Source: an uncultured delta proteobacterium
GTDB taxonomy: Bacteria > Desulfobacterota > Binatia > UBA9968
DNA: 64,000 bases
Reading direction: 5' to 3'
Assembly (NCBI GenBank): GCA_963755715.1
Contig: CAVWLW010000069.1
Coordinates: 64,001-128,000, forward strand
A program made the translations under genes and the position numbers. Below the pieces are notes generated by a model. That model made no database searches. It was given only the letters and a program-made list of their open reading frames with translations, and was not told the origin of the DNA. Below, piece by piece: positions 1-9,883 of this stretch (positions within the stretch are counted from its first letter, which is position 1; every line of letters starts with the position of its first letter).

Positions 1-41
1 CCGTCGAGGTCGAACATGACCAGGTCAATCCGCTTCTTCAT
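1..41 (-). CDS. HAD-superfamily hydrolase, N-terminal fragment (runs off window edge)
   Basis: Reverse strand from ATG at 41 reads MKKRIDLVMFDLDG, i.e. HAD motif I (DxD). Not in ORF track. Confidence 0.7.
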   Translation of the reverse strand, partial: MKKRIDLVMFDLD

Positions 42-164
42 TCCATTAGATTCAAATTGAAAAAGTTTATGAAGTCAACGCGAATAAAATTACCTTTGCT
101 CTTCGGGGCCAGGTTAATATACCTTGGGTTGGTGGAATTCAGCAGGGCGCACGGGAGGAACGGC

Positions 165-1166
165 GTGAAGCAAAAATTGACCGGCGTTTTCTTCGCTATC
201 GTCGCGGCGGTTCTTTGGCTGGAGACAGACTCGGCTTGCGGCTCGGACAAGGTCAACACCGCCTACATCTCCACTACTCCCGGCTCCTCGTCGGTGATCT
301 GGGTCGCTAAAGATGCAAAAATTTTCGATAAGCACGGCATCGACGCCACAGTCATCTTCATTTCCGGCAGTGTGCGCGGTATCCAGTCGATCCTCGCCGG
401 TGAAATTCCGATCGGCGAAGGCGGCGGGCCGGGCCTCGCCAGTGCGCGACTCGCCGGTGGTGATGTCGTGGCCATCGCCGGTAACGTCAATGTGCTGCCC
501 TATTATCTCGTGTCCCAACCGAGCATCAAAAAAGCCGAAGACTTAAAAGGCAAGATCGGCGGTAATCACATCGCCGGCACCACCGCGGAGTTCGCGCTGA
601 AGGTCGGCTTAAAGAAAATCGGCATCGACCCGCTTAAAGATGTAAATCTGCGGGTGATCGGCGGCGCCATCGAGCGCATGGTGGCGCTGCAAAAAGGCAT
701 CGTCAATTTCACCGTCGTGACCGAAGCCGGCAAGGCGATGGCGGAAAAACTTGGCTACCCGACGGTCGTCGATATGGTGGCGCTGCAGATTCCCTTTCCC
801 CAGAATGGCATCTACACTTCAACCAAACTCATTCGCGACAATCCCGATTTTGTCCGCCGCTACATGCGCGCCTACGTCGAAGCAATTCATTATTACAAAA
901 CGCACAAGGAAGACACGATGAAGATCATGCGCAAATATTCGCGTGTCGAGGACCGAAAAATCCTCGAAGAGGCGTGGGACTGGCATACCAAATTCATGCC
1001 CGAAGCGCCCTACCCGCCTGCCGACGGCTATCAGCTAATTCTGCAAGATATGGCGGAAAAAAATCCCAAAGCCGCGCAGGCCAATGTCAAAGACTACATC
1101 GATACGCGTTTTGTTAAAGAACTGGAGGATTCAGGGTTTATCAAGAATCTATCGCGGAACAAATAG
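165..1166 (+). CDS. ABC transporter substrate-binding protein, NMT1/THI5/SsuA-like
   Basis: ORF 57-1166; likely GTG start at 165 after GGAGG; signal-like N-terminus; WVAKDAKIFDKHGID and DLKGKIGG motifs. Confidence 0.85.
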   Translation: MKQKLTGVFFAIVAAVLWLETDSACGSDKVNTAYISTTPGSSSVIWVAKDAKIFDKHGIDATVIFISGSVRGIQSILAGEIPIGEGGGPGLASARLAGGDVVAIAGNVNVLPYYLVSQPSIKKAEDLKGKIGGNHIAGTTAEFALKVGLKKIGIDPLKDVNLRVIGGAIERMVALQKGIVNFTVVTEAGKAMAEKLGYPTVVDMVALQIPFPQNGIYTSTKLIRDNPDFVRRYMRAYVEAIHYYKTHKEDTMKIMRKYSRVEDRKILEEAWDWHTKFMPEAPYPPADGYQLILQDMAEKNPKAAQANVKDYIDTRFVKELEDSGFIKNLSRNK

Positions 1167-1237
1167 TTCAACCCGTTCAACTCGTCAGCATGATCGGATC
1201 GCACAAACGTTTTGAACTTTTGAACGGCTTGAATGGT

Positions 1238-1693
1238 TTAGATTTTTTCCCGCGATGCCTGCAACACCTGATGCATCGGCTCGACATCGATGACCAGCAA
1301 AGACAATTGGAGCTTTTCATCGCGCAAGTTTCCCGGCACCTCGGTCATTATTTCCTCTTCGAGTACGTGATAGACGGGTATTTTGAGCGCGACGCCGGCG
1401 AGCGGCCCGGCATAGCTCGGATCGCCTTCCGTCACGGTTTCCGCGAATACTTCGACGCCGTTGGCCTCGCCGTTCCCTAAAATCACCGTCAAATTTTCCG
1501 GACCATACTGGTCCGCCAGGCGTTTGATGACCCCTTGGTTTTCAAAGTTCATCGCGCCTGCGGCGGTTCAAACAAAGCACTCGGTGGCTTGAAATATGAC
1601 CTCATAGCCCGCGCCTTCCAGGCATTCGGCGATCACCGGTCCGGGCACGCCATCCCGTTCCCCGATGGCGATGATTTTCTTACCTTTAAGCAT
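1238..1693 (-). CDS. grdA: Glycine/sarcosine/betaine reductase component A (selenoprotein A), UGA=Sec at codon 42
   Basis: GGAGG + ATG at 1693 reads [44 protein letters not shown](1570-1568)[11 protein letters not shown], in frame with ORF 1238-1552 ([20 protein letters not shown]). These are GrdA signature motifs; 151 aa. Confidence 0.93.
1513..1566 (-). promoter_or_regulatory. Putative bacterial SECIS hairpin immediately 3' of the grdA UGA
   Basis: mRNA CCGC..CAGGCG.GAUGA.CUUUG-AAAAC-CAAGG..UCAUC...CGCCUG-GCGG folds by eye into a long bulged stem starting 2 nt after UGA. Confidence 0.65.
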
Positions 1694-1703
1694 TCGACCT
1701 CCG

Positions 1704-3138
1704 TTAGACTTCATTGCGATCAACCAAAAAAGAACAGCCGTCCGACAGTTGCGTCATCCGGCCAAGAAACAAGCTGCCCTTGGCAATCAGTAAAGCGTTC
1801 CGAATCGCGCCGACGTTGCAAGGCGTCCATCGCGTGTCCCAAGTAAACGATCGCCGAGGGAATATGGCCTTGCGTCGGCGCATAGCCTAGCATACCGCGG
1901 GAGCGGACAAAATCCTCCATTTGGTTCTTCTGAATTTGTCCACGCATCACCGCCAATGCCGCCAGGGTTAGATAGTTTGTTCGCGGCACATCGCCGCTCC
2001 CGGACGGCACCGTGATTTCCGGGTTGTGTAGCTCCACGCCATAGCGATCAACGTCAATCAATTTCATCCCCAGTTTGGCGAGCGGTTTTTCCGCGAGGCA
2101 TTCGGCCATTGCCTGGGGCGATGCGCCGGCGCCGACCGGATGAAACGCGGCGGAATCGAGCCGCATGCAAATCTGCCCAGGCTTTGCTGGCGATAAGATC
2201 GCTGCGAAGCTGCCGAGCACGTCTTCGAGCACCGGCATGTTTTTTTTCAGGTGCGATTCGAATTTCATGCCGAGCTTAGCCAACGATCCGCCGGCGACCA
2301 CAGCAACTTTTTTTGCAACACCGGATTGAACCAAGCTGGCGCCGTGCACCATGGCGTACATCGGCCCGGCGCAAAACGCCTTGGTGTCGCATCCTGACGC
2401 ATTGACGCAACCGACGTCTTCGGCGATCGCCTTGGCCAGATTGCCGCCGCCGCGATTGTACCTGTCGCCGACGGCTTCTTCGGAGCAACTGATGACAAAG
2501 TCGATATCGGCCGGCTGAATCTCAAGCTGCTTAAGCACCGTTCGCAGCGAATGCGCCGCGCTGACTTTGCCGGCGAGATTTTCCAGCAGGACTTCGGCGG
2601 CAAGGCTGGCGTCCTCTTCATGCGCCGCCTCGAACGCGCCGATCATCCGGTCGCCGTCGCGCAGCGCGAGCGCGCCCTTGTCGCAGAGCGCTTGAATCTC
2701 GCCGAGCGATCGCAAGCGAGGCGCGCGACCGATCAAATGCCGCGCTGCATGCTCTTGAAACCAACTCTCTTCAAACGAGACCAGATCAAACTGATCGGAG
2801 CCTGCGAGCAAGCCATAAAACTTCGATTGAGCCACCAGATCGCCGAAGCGGCCCTCCGGCGTCGCACCTTCGATCAATCTCTCATACCAAGGCTTTGGTA
2901 GATCGCTGAGTTTTTCCGGCGCGATATTGCCAATGTAAACCTGATGCGGCGCATAAGCCGTCGCCGCCGCGAAATCGCGCAGCCGCTTCGCCAACTGCTC
3001 GCCCAGCGCGGGCTGTGCGCGGATTTCACGCAGCGGTTTCGATCCGTAACGCACCAGGTCCGGTACATGAGTCAATGAATAGGAAACGCCTTCGATGCCG
3101 ACCCTAATCGGTTTCAACCCATCTTTGAATTCACTCAC
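1704..3138 (-). CDS. grdC: Glycine reductase component C beta subunit (FabH-like fold); one extra base near 1812
   Basis: Motifs [60 protein letters not shown] +1 shift restores the conserved C-terminus [20 protein letters not shown] with stop at 1704. Confidence 0.88.
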
Positions 3139-3167
3139 GCTTGTCGCCTCTCGCCTGTCGCCTACCT

Positions 3168-3723
3168 CTATCCGCTAAACACATTGTTGTTCAAGAACAC
3201 TTCGGCATCGTCACTGCCAAAAAACACCAGCCGGACTTCCTTGAGTATCTTGTCGTCGCGCAGAAATTGCTCGATCGCTCGCGATGCCACGACGGCCGCT
3301 TCGCTGATCGGATAACCGTAGACGCCGGTCGATATCGCGGGAAAAGCGACGGTTTGAAGACCATTTTGAATCGCAAGACTCAACGAGCTGTAGTAACACG
3401 CCGCCAGCAGTTCCGCCTTGTCTTCGACCGCCGCGGCCGTATACCGGACCGACGGTATGAATCACATGCTTGGCTGGCATTTTTCCAGCGGTGGTAATAA
3501 CGGCTTGGCCGGTCGGCAAGCCATCAGGAAACCGCTCGCGGCGAATTTCTTTGCACGCCGCCAAGATCTCCGGGCCGCCGGCGCGATGGATCGCTCCATC
3601 GACGCCTCCGCCGCCCATGAGCGTGCCATTAGCCGCATTGACAATGGCGTCGACGCTTTCTTTGGTAATGTCGCCGACCTTTACGATTACTCGATCGTTA
3701 AGAAAAGAGCGTCCGGCGTCCAT
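3168..3723 (-). CDS. Macro domain protein (O-acetyl-ADP-ribose deacetylase, YmdB-like); one extra base near 3427
   Basis: [34 protein letters not shown] in ORF 3211-3723, continuing into [13 protein letters not shown] in ORF 3168-3383 after removing one base. Confidence 0.88.
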
Positions 3724-3843
3724 TTTAAAAGCGCTTCATCGTCCTGCCGAATCTAACGAAGGCAAGAAGCCTCGATCCTTGAAAAATCGCTGTGTGAGTC
3801 TCTTCGGTATTCGCGCCGTATCGCGCGCAAATCGTTACAGCGA

Positions 3844-4578
3844 TCAAGCCAAAGGTGAGAGCCTTTTCAAGGCCGGCAACAATTCATCGTAGCCGTGAAT
3901 GAGACCCCGCGGCTGGGCCGCGACTAATGTTTGTTCGTCGTTGTACGAATGCTCGGTCGAGAACGCGATCGGAATCACTTCGAGATAGCTGTCGCCGACT
4001 TTGCAACCGTGCGCATTGTTGCCCGCTCGGAGATAGCTGGCGGTGCCCGTGAGCAGGATAAGGCGCATCTGCGCCGGTTTATGCTTGCGATACAGATAAT
4101 AGAGCCCCTGCTCCTTGGCGTAATAGGTCTCGTCCCGATCGACGATCTCGTCAAAGTATCCGCCGATGCCGGCTTTCTCCATTGCCTGATGCTTATAGCG
4201 CCGGCCACCAGTGGTCATCAGAATATTGCGCAGACCGGCTTCCTTGCTTTCTTTTAGCGACTTCTCGATGCCGTCAATAAACTCCGGCGGGGTCACGTCG
4301 TAACCGTGACTTTGGGCAATCTCGAGCGCTTGGCGGCGGATCTCGACGCGCTTCGCCTCGTTGAACGGCAAATTGCGATCCTTCTCGTACTCCTTGGCGA
4401 AGATCAGCGGAATGAGAAACAGGTCGAAAGGACCGTCGGCCACTTTTCTCAACTGCTCGAAGGTCAACGGCGCCAAACCGTAGCGTGGCAAGATTTCATT
4501 GGCGATCACGTATACGCGGCCGATATCGGTTTCCACCGTATCGGACATCGTGCGCAGCAAAAATGTTTCAACTGCCAT
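3844..4578 (-). CDS. HAD-like fold protein with degenerate catalytic motifs
   Basis: Layout resembles HAD/PGPase (ILMTTG, GIGGYFDEIV, EQTLVAAQP..LIH.YDELL) but has no DxD motif; ATG at 4578 after GGAGG. Confidence 0.55.
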   Translation of the reverse strand: MAVETFLLRTMSDTVETDIGRVYVIANEILPRYGLAPLTFEQLRKVADGPFDLFLIPLIFAKEYEKDRNLPFNEAKRVEIRRQALEIAQSHGYDVTPPEFIDGIEKSLKESKEAGLRNILMTTGGRRYKHQAMEKAGIGGYFDEIVDRDETYYAKEQGLYYLYRKHKPAQMRLILLTGTASYLRAGNNAHGCKVGDSYLEVIPIAFSTEHSYNDEQTLVAAQPRGLIHGYDELLPALKRLSPLA

Positions 4579-4638
4579 GGTTCTTATCCTCCGGCGGAGC
4601 AATGTTAGTGAACCGTGAACGATCTGGCAAATGCAATC

Positions 4639-4920
4639 TTATTCTGCGCCTCTTTCGAATGGTAAGCGGTGTTTGCGTTCGGAATTGCATCTTTTACAGC
4701 TGGCGACGAGATTGCCCTTCGTGGACTTGCCGCCCCGAACGATCGGCACCAGATGATCCATGGTCAGTTCGTTGGGTGGGAATCGTTCGCCGCAATGATG
4801 GCAAACTCCCGCCCCACGTTTGCGCTGCCACCACGGGCTGGCGCGCAACTCGCGCGCCTTTTGCCGCTCGCGGCGAATCTGCTCTTCAGAAACTTCGACC
4901 AAAAAAGCGGCTGATTCCAT
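4639..4920 (-). CDS. Small HNH endonuclease
   Basis: CHHC...TMDHLVPIVRGGKSTKGNLVASCKRCN zinc-HNH signature. Confidence 0.85.
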   Translation of the reverse strand: MESAAFLVEVSEEQIRRERQKARELRASPWWQRKRGAGVCHHCGERFPPNELTMDHLVPIVRGGKSTKGNLVASCKRCNSERKHRLPFERGAE

Positions 4921-4923
4921 AAA

Positions 4924-5121
4924 TTATTTTAATTTGTATAAATGCCGCAGATTTTTGAGGTAAACGGCAAAGCCGATTGCAACGGCCAGATACAAAACCG
5001 ATCGCGCGACGGCCCAAGGATCGCCGCTCGCCGAATAGTTGCGAAACTCCCACCCGGCGAAAAAGCAGAAAAAGACCGCCGCGCTGCTGATAAGTATTTT
5101 ATGAGCCGTAATCAGCTTCAT
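4924..5121 (-). CDS. Small two-helix membrane protein, hypothetical
   Basis: 65 aa with two hydrophobic segments; ends 3 nt before the HNH start. Confidence 0.6.
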   Translation of the reverse strand: MKLITAHKILISSAAVFFCFFAGWEFRNYSASGDPWAVARSVLYLAVAIGFAVYLKNLRHLYKLK

Positions 5122-5252
5122 CGTCCGTCTGATCTAATCAAGCATATCCGGCGCGCTCGGCGCAAGCACGAGTATGACCTCGTTGCGCCTTGGCAAAGTC
5201 TTGATATAGATTTCCCCAGCAGATCTAGCAGCTCTAAAAGGAGAAGCTCACG

Positions 5253-5633
5253 ATGAACAAAGAAATCATCAGCACCGCCAACGCGCCCAAGGCCATCGGG
5301 CCCTACGAACAAGCGATCAAGGTCGGCGAGTTCGTTTACGCTTCGGGCCAAATCCCGCTCGATCCAAAAACCGGCAATCTCGTTGAGGGTGGCATCACGA
5401 TTCAAACGCGCCGGGTGATGGAGAATCTCAAAGGCGTCGTCGAAGCCGCCGGCTCTTCCCTCGAGCGCGTCGTCAAAGCCACGGTGTTTTTGAAAAATAT
5501 CGGCGATTTCGCCGCGATGAACGAAGTCTATGGCGAATATCTCGGCCAGGCGAAGCCGGCTCGCTCCACGGTCGCGGTGGCGGATTTGCCGCGCGGCGCC
5601 CTGGTCGAGATCGACCTTATCGCGCTTGTGTAA
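5253..5633 (+). CDS. ridA: RidA/YjgF family enamine/imine deaminase
   Basis: APKAIGPYEQA, SGQIPLDP, FAAMNEVY, PARSTVAVADLP, VEID motifs; AGGAG RBS. Confidence 0.93.
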   Translation: MNKEIISTANAPKAIGPYEQAIKVGEFVYASGQIPLDPKTGNLVEGGITIQTRRVMENLKGVVEAAGSSLERVVKATVFLKNIGDFAAMNEVYGEYLGQAKPARSTVAVADLPRGALVEIDLIALV

Positions 5634-5645
5634 AATCGCTCCAGA

Positions 5646-6218
5646 TCAAATCCCTAGAATCATTCGTACCAGACTTTGCAGCACGAGCTTGGCGGCGCTG
5701 CCGAAGCTCTTGGCGACGAGAACGGCGCTGTCATCTTCGTCGCCGCGCGGATAAGCATAAATTCCTTTCGTGCCGGTCACCACCCAAGATTTGGGATTGG
5801 CGTAGACCTCGGGTAATTTTGCCACGACTTTTTCTGCGCTCATCTTCACGGCGCGTGTGCCTCTTTGATAATCCTTGTAGCGATGGAACTGGCCGCGATT
5901 GAGCCATATCCCGTCGCAGTGACGGCAGCGCTGTAGTTGAATTTCTTTCGGTAGAATCGGATCGGCAAATATCTGCAGCGCGTCGGCGCAGCGCGGGCAG
6001 TAGAGTGTTTTTTGCGGCAGCGGCAACGCTTCGCGTAAGAGATTTTCATTTAATGGATCGAGCCGATCGGCTTCGTCGGGATCGACCGGAAAAAGTTCCC
6101 ACTTATCGCACCAGATGCCGCCGCACTTGCCGCACTGATCGAGTTGAATGAGCGTGCCGGGATTGGCCCGCGCCATCACCTCGGCCATCTCACAATCGCA
6201 TTGGGGACAACGCAGCAT
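5646..6218 (-). CDS. Protein with two zf-TFIIB-type zinc ribbons
   Basis: CPQC...DQCGKCGGIWCDKWEL and CPRC...CRHCDGIWLNRG; probable start MLRCPQC at 6218. Confidence 0.75.
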   Translation of the reverse strand: MLRCPQCDCEMAEVMARANPGTLIQLDQCGKCGGIWCDKWELFPVDPDEADRLDPLNENLLREALPLPQKTLYCPRCADALQIFADPILPKEIQLQRCRHCDGIWLNRGQFHRYKDYQRGTRAVKMSAEKVVAKLPEVYANPKSWVVTGTKGIYAYPRGDEDDSAVLVAKSFGSAAKLVLQSLVRMILGI

Positions 6219-6232
6219 GGGCAAATTCTGCT

Positions 6233-7210
6233 CTATTGAAGCACTTGAACTTTTGAACCTTGAACCCAGGGCTGAGGCATGCCGGCCATTCGATACAATA
6301 AGAGAATGCGGCGTTCGATCGGCGGATGGCTGGCGAGCCAATCGGCGATTTTCCCGTCCCGTTCATCGATCCGGCGGCGCAAGGGATTGATCAAAAACAA
6401 ATGCGCCGTGCCGCGCGTCGCTTTGTGAAAAGGCATCGCCGCGTCGCGAATTTTTTCCAACGCGCGCGCCAGGCCGCGCGGATTGCGCGTGTACTCGGCC
6501 GCCGTGGCATCGGCCAAATATTCGCGCTGGCGCGACACGGCCATCGCCAGGAGCCGCGCGATCAGCGGTGACAAGGCGATCAGGATGAGTAAGGGAATGA
6601 TCAACAGAATATTTTTGCCGGCAAGCCGCCGGCCGGAGCGGGAGTCATAAAAGCCGCGCTGGCCCCAATCGGCAAGAATCGCGATGCCGCCGAGAAGAAT
6701 ACTCACCAGCGTCATCAGCAAGACGTCGTCGTTGCGAATATGCGAGATCTCGTGCGCGATCACGCCCTGGGTTTCTTCGCGGTCCAGCAGCGTGAGCAGT
6801 CCCGTGGTGACGCAGACCGCGGCATTTTTCTCATTCGTTCCGGTAGCTAGCGCGTTGGGCGCCGGATCGAAGATGACAAAGATCCGCGGCATGGGCGAGC
6901 CGGAGGCGAGCGCCATCTCCGTGACGATGTTGTGCAATTCGCGGTGCTCGGGAATTTGTAAATTGAGCTTCTCGGCGCCGAGGGACGACAGAATCATGTC
7001 GCTGCCGCCGTAATACGCCGTCAAAGTGGTAACCGCGGCAAACCCGAGCGCAAAAAGGGTCGCAACCGGCAACGCCGGTCCGGCGCGGGCAAAGTCATCG
7101 AAATGGAGGAAATCGATGGCAGCGCCGATGAAAAGAAAAAACACGATGAAGACGCCCACCAGAGCGGCGCTGCAACGCTGATTGTGCGCTTGACGCTGGG
7201 CGAAGTCCAA
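6233..7210 (-). CDS. htpX: M48 zinc metalloprotease HtpX
   Basis: PNALATG, VTTGLL, GVIAHEISH (HExxH), SRQREYLADA, HLFLINP, SHPP; follows lemA. Confidence 0.88.
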   Translation of the reverse strand: MDFAQRQAHNQRCSAALVGVFIVFFLFIGAAIDFLHFDDFARAGPALPVATLFALGFAAVTTLTAYYGGSDMILSSLGAEKLNLQIPEHRELHNIVTEMALASGSPMPRIFVIFDPAPNALATGTNEKNAAVCVTTGLLTLLDREETQGVIAHEISHIRNDDVLLMTLVSILLGGIAILADWGQRGFYDSRSGRRLAGKNILLIIPLLILIALSPLIARLLAMAVSRQREYLADATAAEYTRNPRGLARALEKIRDAAMPFHKATRGTAHLFLINPLRRRIDERDGKIADWLASHPPIERRILLLYRMAGMPQPWVQGSKVQVLQ

Positions 7211-7242
7211 AGCCGGCGGTGTGTCCAGCGGCAGCCCCTGCG

Positions 7243-7801
7243 CTAGCGGGTAAGGGAGAGATTCACGCGCGGCAGAGCCTTCTCCGCCTCCGCGACTTCG
7301 AAGAACTCGCTGGGTTTAAAGCCGAACAAACCCGCGAGCATGTTCGACGGAAAGACTTGCTGCTTGGTATTATATTGCGTGACCAGATCGTTGTAGTACT
7401 GGCGCGCGAAGGCGATCTGGTTTTCCGTCGTCGTCAATTCCTCCTGCAGGTCTGAAACGTTTTTGCTGGCCTTGAGCTCGGGATAGTTTTCCATCAGCGC
7501 GAACGACTTTGCCCAGCGATTGCGTCAGCGCCGTCTGAGCTTCGGCGCTTTCTTTCACTCCTTTCGCGGCCATCGCCTGGCTGCGCGCATCGATCACTTT
7601 TTGCAAAGTATCCTGCTCGTACTGCATGTAGCCTTTGACGGTCTCGACGAGATTAGGAATCAAATCGTAGCGCCGCTTGAGCTGCACGTCGATTTGCCGC
7701 CAAGCGTTCTGGATGCGCAGGCGCAACGCGGTGAGCCCGTTGTAAGTCGAAATAATCCAGATGCCGATCACGAAAATGATCGCCCAAATGACAAAGATCA
7801 T
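7243..7801 (-). CDS. lemA: LemA family protein; one extra base near 7505
   Basis: QIDVQLKRRYDLIPNLVETVKGY (ORF 7370-7801) joins ENYPELKAS...ENQIAFARQYYN (ORF 7243-7494). Confidence 0.9.
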
Positions 7802-8828
7802 AGGCCGCGCAATCCTCCCAACTCGTCGCGAAACAAAATCGACCGGCTCACGTCGCGTACGTGCGCGACGCCGGTCATGGTCAAAACCCGCTGCATCTCT
7901 TCGGCAAAAATCGCGAACACCCGCTCGACGCCGCGCGCGCCGAATGCGCCCACGCCCCAGGCAACCGGCCGCCCGATGAGAACCGCTTTCGCGCCCAGGG
8001 CCAGCGCTTTGACGATATCACCGCCGCTGCGGATGCCGCTGTCGAGCAGCACGGGAACTTTGCCGCCCACGGCCTCGACGACTTCGGGCAATGCTTCCAA
8101 GGCGGAGCGGTTGAAGTCGAGAATACGGCCGCCGTGATTCGACACGATCAGCGCGTCGGCGCCGGAGTTCACCGCGGCTTTCGCGTCGTCCGCGCCCATA
8201 ATGCCTTTGACGACGACCGGCAGCGCGACCTGCTGTTTCATCCACTCGATATCTTGGGTCGTTGACTTGTGGCCCTTGCGCGGCTTGCCATCCTTCGTCG
8301 ACAACGGCACTTCGTCGCCGATCTTGACCGGCCGCACAGTATCCATAGTGATGCCGACGGCGGCGAAGCCGAGGTCCTCCGCCGTTTTGGCATACTCCGA
8401 AACTTCTTCCCTGCCGCGGTTCATGTACGCCAAGAACACCAGCGGCGACTTGGCCGCATCGCGCCAGTCCTTTGGGAGCGAATTTCGCCGCCTGGCTGAC
8501 AAACATCATCGCGCCGGCCCGGGCGGTGCCTTCGGCGACTTGCCGTTCCGCATCCTTGCTGATCAGGCTGAAGCTTCCCACCGGCGCGGTCATCGCGGGA
8601 AGCGGCAGCGTATGGCCGAACAAGCTCGATGGAAATATCCGGCTCAGCGACGTCGTGAAAAATTTTCTGGCGAAAAAGATATTGGTGGAAGGCGCGCGGA
8701 TTGCGATGAAACGTCGCCTTGGTCTCCGCCGCGCCGTTGAAATGTTTCCATGCCTCGGCCGGCGCTTTGCGCCGCATGATCTTGCGCAGGTCGCGAAGTC
8801 CCATTTGTTCGAGTGGTTTTTCGCTCAT
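7798..8828 (-). CDS. FMN-dependent alpha-hydroxy acid oxidase/dehydrogenase; extra bases near 8620 and 8472
   Basis: Three ORF pieces join: GAAETKATFHRN; FGHTLPLPAMTAPVG; PVVVKGI, VSNHGGR, DSGIRSGGDIVKALALGA, IGRP. Confidence 0.85.
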
Positions 8829-8835
8829 GAAAACC

Positions 8836-9687
8836 TCAGTTCAGAGAAACCACTTCCCAGCAGTTGGTGCCGGGATCGCGGAAGCAAAACGACGCGGTGC
8901 CGTTATTTTCCTGTAACGGCAACAGCTCGCTCACGCCGAGTTCCTTGCCCGATTGGTCGAACTCACGATAAGCCTCTTTCACCGCGTCTTTCGAAGCGAC
9001 GGTCAGAGTATTGCGAAAGTTTGGCGAAAATACTTTGGGATTTTCGCGCAGCGCACAGACAATATAAGTTTTCGCCGTCGGATGCTTGACGTAGATCACG
9101 TGGCTGCTGAATCGATGCACTTCGAGATTCAAAACCCTCGTGTAAAAATCTTTGTTGGCCGCCAAATCGGTGGCGACCAAAGTGCCGTGGGTAAATGCCT
9201 GAGGCACGTAACCTCGCCCCGGAAAGCGTTCCGCCGGATACACGTTCTCCCAATGCGGCTTCTTCACGCCGCCGAATTTCTCCGCCGCCGCCTCTTTGCG
9301 CGAAAAATCTTCATAGCACTCGATTTCCCAACCGTTGGTGCCTGGCTCGACAAAGTAACAGGAGTACGAACCGTGGCTCCACGTCGGTTTACCAATGGCA
9401 CCGAGCTTGTACTGTTGCTTGTGTGCCGTCAGATACTCGTATGCTTTGTCGACTTCCTCCGTGGTGAGCACGCGCACGCCCCAATGATTGTGCATCGGCT
9501 TTGCAGGCGCATCCGCTCCCGCTTCGTGCAACACCAGCATCCACGGTGAATTGGGATGCTTGAGGGTCGCTTCGCCCGGTTCTTTGGACATTTTTTCAAA
9601 CGCGAGCAATTCGGTCATCACGGCAAACGAATCCTCCAGATTGCGACATTCCATATGCGTCGCCGATAGCGTGATGGGCTGGATCAT
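8836..9687 (-). CDS. Two-domain VOC/glyoxalase family protein
   Basis: Duplicated motifs HATMECRNL / HGTLVATDL and CYFVEPGTNGWEI / FCFRDPGTNCWEV; ATG at 9687 after GAGGAG. Confidence 0.8.
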   Translation of the reverse strand: MIQPITLSATHMECRNLEDSFAVMTELLAFEKMSKEPGEATLKHPNSPWMLVLHEAGADAPAKPMHNHWGVRVLTTEEVDKAYEYLTAHKQQYKLGAIGKPTWSHGSYSCYFVEPGTNGWEIECYEDFSRKEAAAEKFGGVKKPHWENVYPAERFPGRGYVPQAFTHGTLVATDLAANKDFYTRVLNLEVHRFSSHVIYVKHPTAKTYIVCALRENPKVFSPNFRNTLTVASKDAVKEAYREFDQSGKELGVSELLPLQENNGTASFCFRDPGTNCWEVVSLN

Positions 9688-9828
9688 GACCTGACTCCTC
9701 ACCAATTAGGCCAAACTAATTCTGAAGCGGAAATTTACAGTGCTGCGACGAGGCTGTCAAATCGACTCCCACCGAACTTGTAGTTCGGTAGGAGGTCGCC
9801 CTGAGCAAAGCGAAGGGTCCAATCATCC

Positions 9829-9857
9829 TTGACACAACCAGTTGTTTTCCTTAAATT
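9829..9857 (+). promoter_or_regulatory. Putative sigma70 promoter for the tandem TctC genes
   Basis: TTGACA (9829)-17 nt-TAAATT (9852), 26 nt upstream of ATG 9884. Confidence 0.5.
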
Positions 9858-9883
9858 CGCCCAGCTTTGAGGGAGCGCTTTCC

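Noticed and set aside
3168-4920. Macro + HAD-like + HNH genes as an anti-phage or toxin-antitoxin system
   Set aside because: The macrodomain looks like housekeeping YmdB-type, the HNH is a small stand-alone type, and there is no ADP-ribosyltransferase, sirtuin or other defence gene nearby.
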